Assembly (NCBI GenBank): GCA_030141605.1
Contig: JAQGDQ010000315.1
Coordinates: forward strand, 1-64,000
Direction of reading: 5' to 3'
Origin: Tubiluchus corallicola
Taxonomy: Eukaryota > Animalia > Priapulida
DNA length: 64,000 bases
Part shown: positions 40,692 through 52,600 of the stretch, piece by piece
How positions within the stretch are numbered: the first letter of the stretch is position 1
Layout: each line of letters opens with the position of its first letter
Translations under genes and position numbers: made by a program
The notes under the pieces: model-generated
Told to the model about the DNA's origin: nothing
Databases searched by the model: none
The model's input: only the letters and a program-made list of their open reading frames with translations

Positions 40692-43600
40692 ATGCTTGCA
40701 CCGAGAAGGTATTTCAATTTTGCGTACAGCGTTTTCGTAATTTCGCTAGATTAAAAGGACTAGGCTACAATTTTAGTCTAGTAATACTAATAGTACTAGT
40801 AGTAGTAGTATTAGTAACGCATTGCTGTGTGTGTGAAATGTGAACTCTCCGTTTTCTGCAACGACGTTTTCTGATAACTGGAGGTGTCGATTCCATTCTT
40901 TGATACCTTTCTCACTGAGTTCTTCAGGGCCGCAAGTATTTGCTGCATTTTGCATGGATTTTTGAAAAACTGCTCTCACTAAGTAGCAATTACGTTATAT
41001 TTGATAATTTTTGTAAGTTTCTGCTCCTCGCACAATGGCTTTTTATGCAAAATTATACATGAAGTGCATATGCTTACCTTAGACAAGTTAAAAATCGATT
41101 TTTGACAAAAAAATTGAAATGGCTTCAGTAACTGCAGTGTTTGCACTGTAACAATATACAGTATCACTTGTGTGAAATCGGTTAATGCAGAAGATTTCAA
41201 CTATCCAGACGCAACACTCTCATACACTGGCCTCAATTATACTCTATTTTTAAGGAGAAATTCATTTAAATGTATGTGATGTATGTGAAATTTAGGTTAA
41301 CAAGGTCCTCAAAGAAAGAGTCTGGTGCCACTTATGATGACTATAAGAGTTGCAGTGTTGCTAAGAAGACTGGAAGTATTCCAGTAGAATCACACACGTG
41401 TAATAATGAAGCCAATAAAGATGTAGCAATACATCAACTTGAAGACACCGATGAAGCTGCCAGAGACATGATGAAGCCCTCTTCTTCAAAACCAGCAGCA
41501 TCCAGGAAAAAACGCAGTTCCAAGTCTGACAGTGACAATGAATCTTCACAAAAGGTGATGCAAGTAACCTTTGTAGTGCTAACTTTAATGTTAGGCTTGC
41601 CTGAAATAAAAAATGTCTTTGTTTAGTTATTTAAGTTTTTTTGAACACTTTGGTAATTATAATGCAACTGGGATCCAGTTTTTGCAGCAAAGTTTAAAGT
41701 CAAACTAAACCTTCACTATAATATAAGCTTTTACAACTTCTAATTCTACTCTACTTCTTATTTTATTATAAATTTACTATAAAATTTGTTTTTTATTTTT
41801 TTATCACTTCATTGTTAGCGATATTAAATTTGAAGGATATTTTAGCGCAGCCTCCAAAAGGTCTTCCTGTCAGTGTGTTTCTTGTGGTATCTACACCCGA
41901 ACAGGAATGTGCACTGTGTACATCACACAAATCATTAGGCTTATCAAGCTTACTATTTCAACAACCAGTGTTCCTGAGTAAACACAATGTCATTTTCAGA
42001 GAGTAACTGCTTGATGTGTACTTGTCTATCAAGTCGAAATCCTCTGCTGTTGAATGTCGTGATTTTTAGAGCCATGTACATTGGACGCGGAATTAGTATC
42101 CTTGTTTTTCTTTCCTTGGGGGCATTGAATCTGCAGGCTATGTCACACGGCCAAAAATCTGGACTAAAGACAATTTTCAGATCTTTTTTGTCTATTGTAA
42201 CTTTGTACGATTTAAATTTGGTATCAATGTGTGAGTTTTTAGAAAAACCTCTTACTTGAACATCTTGCGATGTTAGTGTATCAACAACATCATCGTCGGA
42301 TGTTTCTTTTGTCACTCGAAAAACAAACAAGTCCCGTGTTTGCGGTGCTCCATGTATGTCACTATTTTTGTTTGTTCCCATTATCACTTTGAATTTTTGT
42401 GTTTTTTCTTGAATTTTTTGCTGAGGAATTTGAAAGCCATTGAAATCAGCGTCATCTTGATGATTCATATCTTTCAAGTTCTTCTCTTGGAACATTTCCC
42501 CAAGAATTTTCCACTTTTCCCATTTTTGCTTGTTTCCCTTTCTCTGTAGAAATCATGCCTTTACTTAAAACCTCTGCAAGCGATTCTTGACAGTGAGCAG
42601 CTGGTTGTACCTGAGGTTTTTGTTGTAATAAGTTTAATTCTTCTCTGTTTTCTAAGGCAATTCCTGAGTATTCCTTCACTTATTTTTCTAATTTCGATAG
42701 TCTGTCAACTAGCACATGTTGATTTCTTCTGGGCCGTGTTTTGGAAGTCTGTCTAAATTTTGCAGCAAAAACGAAATTATCTCTGTCGTCACATTCATCG
42801 AGAATTTTAATTCCTTCTAATGCATCATTTAGGTCGGCCTCATATATCTGTCTTGCTTTAGAAGTTCGTCTTTTTCTGTTCTCAGGTAAATATGTGGCAA
42901 ATTTCTCCCCTAAATCTTGTTTTGCCTTGCTAATCTCTAGTGGCAGGTAAAAGTCTGCTATTATTGTTCTAACTGCTCCCATTGTGCTGCATTTTCTGTA
43001 ATGCCAGCAGTAAGACAGCTACTCGTTGACCAGGAGAAGTTCGGTTTTTTCTGCCATTGTTAATGAAGATTGCTAGGCCTATTGTGGCCTTAATTGGCCA
43101 TGTGCTAGTCTTTGTTTCTTGCACATAAAAATTTTGGATTTTGAACCAACTTTTGCTAATAAATTAGTTCCAGCAAACTGTAAAGCAGTTTATGACTACT
43201 CACTAAATTCAGTGTGTCGTCACAATTATTCAGGTATAAATATTGTCAATGTCCATTTTTATAATTCTTTGTAACTAGTCACTTTTCCAGGAGCGCTGCA
43301 CAAACAGAACTCAACAAAACCCGTTCTCCTTAAATATTTACAATTTATTATGAGAAAATTAATGTTGAAGTTCTAATTCTAATTATGTAACTAGTAATTA
43401 ATGGTAATGAACAATTTGAAATGTTAAAGAGAAGTAGTATTCACAAGCTCTAGGCTAATTTTGTCCAAGAACCATTCTATGTTTCAGCTATTGTAGTTGA
43501 CTAACCTACAGATTCAATACAGTTCAATCAGTCATTTGTCATCTTTTTATCAAATGTTGGTGAATTTTTTAGTCTCAACTGCCTATTCTGATTTGGTTTA

Positions 43601-46600
43601 CAATTTTGATATGTCTTCTATGTTAGAGTAGTGGCTATACGAGAAAAAATGTACAGTGTTATATTATAGGCTGATCTGTTAGATGATGTCACGCTCACAT
43701 GACTCAGTAGTTCCATCTCTCTTCGCTTTTTGGAACTTGTGCTGTCACCAGTGCATTTCATTTTACTCTCTTATGCAACAACGTTTATCAGTACCTGCAT
43801 CGTCCTGTTATGCATCTTCTTCCATAATATAAGAAACACGTCTGTAATAAGTGAGAAAGGGTATTGTTATGAACATCTTTGTGGCTGCTTGTTAACTGTT
43901 TGTCTTCAGAGAATGGAATAAGAATGAATGGAAGAGAAATTATAATGTATATTAACTGGCACTGTAGTCATGGTAAAGAAGCAAGTAGTTGTGAAAATTT
44001 GTTGTATTCTGGCATAAGAAACATGTATGCTGCTGCGTACCGCACTAAACTAATAAATTGCATCCTTGCTTTGTATTATTTTTGCTACTATAGAAAAAGA
44101 AGAAGACAAAAGATAAACGACGATCGACAATTGGCAGAGGTCGAAGGAGTTTCGTGTTTACTGATGGCAAGGCTTTTTTAACACCAGGTAAAATTCATAG
44201 TAAAGTAGTTACTGTAATTTACCTGAGTTGCTAGCTCTTGTATTTGTGAATCATTACATATAATAAGGCTTTCACAGTTTTGTTGTGGGCACGCACTGTT
44301 GCTCTAGGTCAGAGGTTAAGTGTACCCCAGCAATGTGTATTAACTATCACGTGACGTGTGGGTAAAGCAAAGCCATCTGCAGCTTCAGTTCAGTGAGGTC
44401 AGTTGTGCTACGTGGTCTTTACTTAATTGTGCATTTGCCTGTGCGTAGAGTGATTTACTAGCAGGATCTTGTTTGGGAGCAAGAGAAAATGAACTAGACA
44501 AGGTTCTAATTAGCTGTTAGAACCGTTAGTATTATAGTAGCATGGGTTATGAGGCATTGTTAAGTGTACACAAATGCGTTGCCTGGTGCACTTAACCTTT
44601 GACCTTTTCGCAAATATCAATTGCTGGAACTGTGAGAAGGCTTATTGGTGCTGTTATTATTATTACTATTATTATTATTGTTATTGTTGTTAGTATTATT
44701 ATTATTATTATTACTATTAATATTATTTTTATTATTTATTAATTATTATTATTGAGGCTATGCTATCCAAGTTCAAGTGTTGTTCCAGCTTCATTAATAT
44801 TTATCACGTGTTGTAAAGCTAAGCCTAGGTCTACTTGTGACGCAGGCTCAAGTCAATGCGGCTGATTTCCTGCATCTCCACTCAGCTAAGTAGTTGTGAG
44901 TTACTGTGTGTTGTAATACTGCTCACGTTGACCACAATCGTCGACAACTAGATCATTAGCAGTTAGCACACTCTATGTGGAAGTATTCCGTCGAATTTCA
45001 AACAATGCTCAATTTGCTGCAAAAGCAGGGTGGATACCATATACCGGGAGTAGAACATGAGCAAATTTTTGGAACTGAGTTTCATTGTGTCGCGTTGCTT
45101 TACGTTGTATCGCAAGCTCACTTATAAGTGTCGACTGGATATGCTCGGAACTATCAGCATACTGTACCTGCCAGTTGCACTCAATTACGTTGCATCACAG
45201 ATGCTCTCCGTTACGTTGCATCATAGGGTTGACCTGAGCTTGGATTATTCTCTTCAAATTAGAAACAAGGCATTGAAAGCAACTATAGCGCACATATAAT
45301 TGATTGTTCTGGTAAACTGAAACTCTTTTAGTATCGGAAATGTTGTAAACAGTTTTAGTGAAATTCTGTACTTTAGCGTGTACTTGTTTTCAGACCCAAA
45401 AAGTGAACATTCTAATGCAGCACACGTAGCTGAAAAGGTTTGTTTTTCAATTTGTCATATTTGGTTTTCCATAAAATCTAGCTGTTAGTTACAGTTCAAT
45501 GGTAAATTGTCAATGTTGTCCATTTTTTATGTTTTTCTTTTATTAGAAGCTTCTGTGTAAAATATTGTACAAAGCTAAAAACAATAAAACTAGTAAGCAT
45601 TGTCGCTGGTCTTTCCACAGTAGTGTAAAACAGTTTGATATTATTGCTGAAACCCGTTTGTCTTTTTGTTTCACTCTGGATGCTGCTGTGTACATCTAGA
45701 TATACATGAATTTCGGTGCAATGGTTATTAATTGCGAGAGCATTTGCACACGAGTAGCAGCAGTGCTCAGCTTTTTAAGCTTTCCTTACTTTTCTAGTAA
45801 ACCAGAATTGCTTGTTGTAGAACTTAGGAACTAATACCTAGTAACATGTGATGTTCTATCATATATAAAAAGTAGTTTACACTGTTGTGTGCTTATTTTC
45901 TAGAGCCAAGTGTAATTTGCTTCTTTTCAGGAATTGACAATAGCGGAAAAGTCCGTGCAGCAAGATGAAAACTTGGAAAAACTGCAAGGAAGAGGTAAGG
46001 TTTTACAAAATCATTGTGATGTTCATTAAACTTGATGAGAGATGGGCGACATAACTTGTCTGTTATCTGCGGGTTTTATTGGGCGCAGGGATCAGGGACG
46101 TTACCGAAATGGAAATTACAAACCGAAACCGAAATTTATGAAATGTAGAAAACCGATACCGAAACGAAACTGAGCCAAAAATATTCTGAAACAAGAAAAA
46201 TACTTTGTTTTTGCTTGTTTGATTTTACTGGCTTTGATAGAATAACAATAAGAATCATTTTATTTCGTACACATGGACAGTATTGGTATTACATCAAGAT
46301 ACAACAAAAGAATGCCAAATGCAAGGGCAACATACGACCATACAGTCCTGTACTTGTTGCCCTTATTCTGATATTAACTTTATAGCGTGCTGTAGTTGTA
46401 CAGTGCACAGAAATAATTACTGTAATATAGTATAAAAATTTAATGAAGCAGTGCAGAAGTCATAAAAAACGTTTAATACTTAGAATTGAGAATACCTTTA
46501 TAAAAACTTAATAAAATGAATAGTAGTAAGCTATAAAGGTGCATATAACTTACTGTTTACCTATTTTGCTACAGGATAACCGTATATTATTATAAAGAAT

Positions 46601-49600
46601 TTCAAATTTTTGGAAATATATATGTTTATTTTTGGATGCTATACATATATTCATATATACACAGCATGCAAAGGTAAACATATATATATGCCTATATTTC
46701 ATAAATTATGAAAAACTTTGTTTTTTTGAAATTACGCTTTGATATTTCGGTTGATTGTGCCTGGAGACCCTAAAACTTCTCAGTCGTCAGCACTGAAGAT
46801 ATTCTGCGCTACCGTATAAAGCATGCTACAGATAGTACAAAAACTTAAATAAGGGGTATTTATGTTTTATTTGAACTATTTTATCCAAAATTTTTCTGCG
46901 ATTTTTAACATTTAGGAGAAAAAACTTAAGCTGGATAGATACTACTAAAACCTCGGAAGAATGCTAATTTTCAACGATTATCGGCAAACATCCCTGATTT
47001 GAATGCAACGCTTAGAGTTAAAAGTGACTAAACTGTGAACATAACATTAATCAGCACTGCAATGTAGCAAATATTTTCAAAAGCTTTTTGTTTTCTTTTG
47101 GATCTGTAATATCATATTGATTTTTTTTTAATTGTGATGGTAAAGACACAAATAATTCATTGGTGTTCTCTGTTATTTCATTTCAGCTTTAGATAAGTTA
47201 GATATACTTACAGACAAAATGGAAGAGCAGGAGCAATTGCTGGACGTAGTGAATCATGTGGCAAAGTATGTCTCTTTTTTCAACTTAGGACATTCAATTA
47301 TGCGAATGTTTTGTATACCATTTCCATCGGGTACCCGAGTAATTAAGCGCATTGTTTATTACCCTAGTCTAATATTTCTACCAAGTTCCAACAATGAAAA
47401 TGCAGACATTAACTTGTAATATGATATCCATTGTCAGAGGATCTAAAATTTAAATGCCGCCTTCTGCTGTGCGCTTCTACAATAGGTAGCTACTAGCAAA
47501 AACTCTTAAGTATTAGCTGCTGTGTTGGCAGTGCGCCAGGCCAACAGCCAGTACTGAGATGGCAGATGAAACCATTTTTGCTGTAGGGGTGACTACTATA
47601 TCATCTTACTATATCATCACTTTTATATCATCTTAGTTTGCTTTTGTCCTATAATATAATATACATAGAAACAATTATGTTAAGTGCCGTTTTATTTGTA
47701 AGCAGGAACGTTTATCATACGCAAATATGCTGGGCTAATGGTTTGCTTTGACCCGCCCACTGCAATTAACCTTGTTGCTTAGTGGTTTGCTTTTGAAGCT
47801 CTGGCTGTCTTTGCTAGAAAGTTTAATCAGTCAGATGTTGCTGTTATGCCAGGGACGCAGGTACAGTACAGTTAGTACGTCTCAATTATAGCAAGCGGGA
47901 GCTTAGGCGAAACTATAGACGAAGCTACTTGCTGGAAAACACGGGCACCACCAACAGTTTAAGCACGCCAAGCACTAAGCATTTTACCAGATTTTCAATG
48001 TTTTTATCATTATGAGAACTTTGTGAGCCAAATTCTTTGCGACAAAATCAAAAAAGGTCGACTTTTTGAAGTATTTTTTTCAAATAAACAGACATGTGTG
48101 ATTTAGAAAAGTATACTTTTTAACTTATTGCTAATTCACTTTATATAAATTAATATTTTAAAATAGTTTTCTAATTTTTAAGTGCACAAAGGAATTTAGG
48201 CATCACTTCATTTCTAATATTCATTAAAAAAACCTTTGCAGTGCATACTAAGCTGGTGACTCATACTTCTATACCAGTCTATACCACTACACATATCGGT
48301 TAACAGGCTCAGGCGGTTAATTGGGTCAAAACACTTTTGTCCCAAAGTGAGTCTGTTAAGTGGTGCCTACTGTATTATAACCAAATAAAAATGCCTTAGG
48401 TGTTTTTACACCGTATTTCTGATGGCCGAGGTTTATTGCCAAAGTTAAGCAGTGACAGGCCTGTTTAGTAGATGGCAGTTACATCTTCTATTATACTGCC
48501 TCTTTCTATGTTTTTTGAGGGACGATGGATATACCATACATAGCTAACGCATGTGGGCTAGTTCAATGCTGGATGCTGATTTACAGTTTCCCAAACTGCA
48601 TAATGATGTCTTGAAAGTCAACCTTGGCGCCCATCAATTGTTACGTGGATCATAATGGGTGTGTTTTTTTGCAGTCGGCTACCAAATAAACAGAACGTCT
48701 ACATGAATCATGCAGTGACTGAATACACAAATTATATAGACATTCTGAAACAGGAGAGTGAAAAGTGGGATGATTTACTGGTTACACATAAAGATTTGAC
48801 TCAACAGGCTGCCGAGTAAGTGCATTGTTAGCTCGTTGTAAGCATCGACATTTATGCGTTAAAGCAAACTTGCAAAGAATAAATGCTACAACTTTATAAC
48901 AATGTGTAAATATTGCTTTCTTCTGGAATTGTGGGCTAGAGTACATTCTGTTAGCATGCTCCAGTTTCCCCGAAAGATGCATTAATTTTCTGTTTTTTGT
49001 TTCGGCAGGCAACTTACATACTAATTAAACAAGGCAAAAAAGTTAAAAATTGCTTTGTGTTCCACACTTCATGACATGTAGATTAAATTAAATTCTTTTT
49101 TCTTAACAGTATATTAAAACAGAGATTAAAGCAGTATTTCTTAACAGAGAGAAAACTCGAAGCAAAATGACTGCTTCCCACGAGCTTCAATCAGAGTTTG
49201 AAAATACGAATTAATTTTTTTACAATTGCAGTACCAGTTTCTAGCCAGAAAAGTGGGTACGGGGTTAAAAAATTAGATGTTTAATGTTTTTTGAACATTT
49301 TCTAGATAATTTGATGCTAGAATATAAAAGTCCCATGCTTCGATGCTAGAATATAAAAGTCTCATATAATTAGCATTTGTTTTTATAAAAAACAAAAAGC
49401 TGACATTTGATCAAATTTTTGGTGCATTCTACTTTGAAGCGTCATAAAGCAGTTTTAACAATGCCGACTTGCAGACGGTTTTGATTTGCAAGCACAGATA
49501 TCCTCTTGTTGCTGCCATAAAATACATGCATACTATAGTGATGTTTTTGAACATCTGAATACTAATTATTAAAATTTCTATGTTTCTGTTTCACATCACT

Positions 49601-52600
49601 TTCTGATTTAATTTCTTGCCCTGTATTAATACGACCCATCATCAATCAAACTATGTGTCTGATGTGTTAAGGCATACATCTTACACATCTAAGTGTCCGC
49701 GAAGTCGCTGTTGACTTGCCCTAATATATTTTGCTCTAAATAAGTTGGGTATCGAAGGCAATTACTGTTGATGAGTTGTGTGTGTGTGTGTGTGTGGGGG
49801 GGGGGTGGTTTGGGTGACTGACAGGAAAGTCCTTCAAAGTGACTTCTTTTGTTGCTGTCTATTGCTTATGGTTATTTATTTTGTTGAGGGATGATTTACC
49901 GTATATGCTCGCATATAAGCCGAATTTAGAACTATAAAATACAATACTGAAATCAGGGGGTCGGCTTATATGCGCATGAAACAAAATGAACACAAGGACA
50001 GACACTAATGCCAATTTTCCAGCCACACATTTTCATCGCTATCTGACTCTTTATTTGGTTGTGTGTCACCAGTGGTGTATTGGAGGGGGGTCGTCGTCCA
50101 CCCACTTTTTTTTTAGAAAAAATTCACATTTCAATAAATGTCTGCTTTTTGTATTCATTAGATAAAAAATATTAAAAATGTATACGGGTTTAATATTAAA
50201 TCTACTTGTTTTCATTTTTTCAAAAAACGGTTTTAAATAATGTCAATTTCTTTCAAATTTGTGAATGTAAAATGGTAAGTCTTGAGACTAGCCGTCCACC
50301 TACTTTTTATTTAGCAATACACCACTGTGTGTCACCAGTTGCGAGCCGTAACCAAGCTACAGCTAGTGGTGAAGCCGACGTCATCAGCAAACGTGAGCAC
50401 ACGGCCACAGAATTTAAAAGTGTGCTGAATTTTGATAATTTTAGTTGTAAAATTATTTGTGCAATACACCATGCCTGGAGAAAAAAGAAAACGTATGTCC
50501 TATACTGCTGACTTCAAGCTAAAAGTGATAAAGGCCGCTGAAGAAACAAGCAACCTGGAGGCAGCAAGAAAGTTTGGCGTAGATGAAAGCAATGTCAGAC
50601 GATGGAAAAAGGATACATCACTGGATATTGCACCTAAGGCCAAACGTGCGAACAGGGGATCAAAACATGGACAGTACCCAGAAATGGAGAAGGAGATCTT
50701 CGAGTGGTTTGAAGCCCACAAAAAGGGATCAATTTTGTTGATTGGGTATGGAGTAAAATTAGACAAGTTGATGGTCGGCTTATATACGGGTTTTTGCAAA
50801 AACTGGCCATTTTAAAGCAGTTTTAGGGGGTCGGCTTATATGCGATGTAGGCTTATATGCGAGTATATACGGTATATGTACATGCGAAGGCACATCTCTT
50901 CTGGTTCATTTTAGAGGATTATCCTTGATCAATCAAGCCACAACCATCTACATAACTAAGTACAGTAAGTCCTCGCTTAACGACTCCCCGTTTAACGACG
51001 TTTCGTTTTCATGACACTGAACATTTGATACCTTTTTCTCACTTAACGACGCACTATTTCGTTTTAACGACGATTTTTTACTTTGGTTACAGCTGTTTTT
51101 TATTTTACCAACGACTTTTTAAATCTAATTTGAAGCATTAAAATTACAGCATTAATCAAGAGCATTAAAAAACGTTATTTTGTTCTAAAAATGCATCAGT
51201 AACCTAAATAGTGCAATTATTATAATGTTTTTGCTTCCCGATTGACTACGTGTTAAATTCTAGCCATTTGTATCAATCAACGCCCGAGCCTAAATTTTTG
51301 TGTGTAACCTGTTGCTGTATGTATCTGTATGTTACTGTTGTGAATAACAACCAAATTAGTACTACATGAAACTGTCTCAAGATCGCTCCATGCAGAGCTT
51401 GGCTTTCACTACGTAGTTTTTAACACGAAGTGTTTAAACAGGAGAAGTGTAGGTAGATACTAGTAAGAAAGATAAGTGGTTTCATGCAATCAGAAAGAAT
51501 TTAATCAGTAGAAATATGAATAAAACTCATAAAACGTTTAATTTATATCTTTAAAGCAGCATTGATTTTTGCCTCTGGAACACATCTCATTTCAGTTACA
51601 TTGCTTCCTATAGAAGTTTTGGTTTTGTTTAACGACATTTCACTTAACGTCGCGTTTTAATGGAACACATTAACGTTGTTAAGCGAGGACTTACTGCAGC
51701 TTCTCTCAGGGGGTACTGGGGTTCTGTCAGTGGGTACTGGCTTGTAGATTGTAGGTCCTGTCAGTGACTACTCGCTTGTAGATTGCAGGTCCTGTCAGTG
51801 GGTACTAGCTTGTAGATTGTAGGTCCTGTCAGTGAGTACTCGCTTGTAGATTGTAGGTCCTGTCACTGGGTACTGGCTTGTAGATTGCAGGTCCTGTCAG
51901 TGGGTACTGGCTTGTAGATTGTAGGTCCTGTCAGTGGGTACTGGCTTGTAGATTGCAGGTCCTGTTAGTGGGTACTGGCTTGTAGATTGTAGGTCCTGTC
52001 AGTGGGTACTGGCTTGTAGATTGTAGGTCCTGTCAGTGGGTACTGGCTTGTAGATTGTAGGTCCTGTCAGTGGGTACTGGCTTGTAGATTGCAGGTCCTG
52101 TCAGTGGGTACTGGCTTGTAGATTGTAGGTCCTGTCAGTGGGTACTGGCTTGTAGATTGCAGGTCCTGTCAGTGGGTACTGGCTTGTAGATTGCAGGTCC
52201 TGTCAGTGGGTACTCGCTTGTAGATTGTAGGTCCTGTCAGTGGGTACTGGCTTGTAGATTGCAGGTCCTGTCAGTGGGTACTGGCTTGTAGATTGTAGGT
52301 CCTGTCAGTGGGTACTAGCTTGTAGATTGTAGGTCCTGTCAGTGGGTACTGGCTTGTAGATTGTAGGTCCTGTCAGTGGGTACTGGCTTGTAGATTGTAG
52401 GTCCTGTTAGTGGGTACTGGCTTGTAGATTGTAGGTCCTGTCAGTGGGTACTGGCTTGTAGATTGTAGGTCCTGTCAGTGGGTACTGGCTTGTAGATTGT
52501 AGGTCCTGTCAGTGGGTACTGGCTTGTAGATTGTAGGTCCTGTCAGTGGGTACTGGCTTGTAGATTGTAGGTCCTGTCAGTGGGTACTGGCTTGTAGATT

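Noticed and set aside
38498-43325. Idea that the ORF1/endonuclease piece and the RT piece are one LINE that captured DSN1 exons 1-2
   Set aside because: The pieces are collinear on the same strand, but they differ in decay (frameshifted versus intact), and the RT piece has its own junction duplication inside another LINE. Independent insertions are the simpler explanation.
46916-46975. Possible extra DSN1 exon after TTTAG
   Set aside because: It has stops in all three frames and lies inside a MITE. The flanking exons already join in phase.
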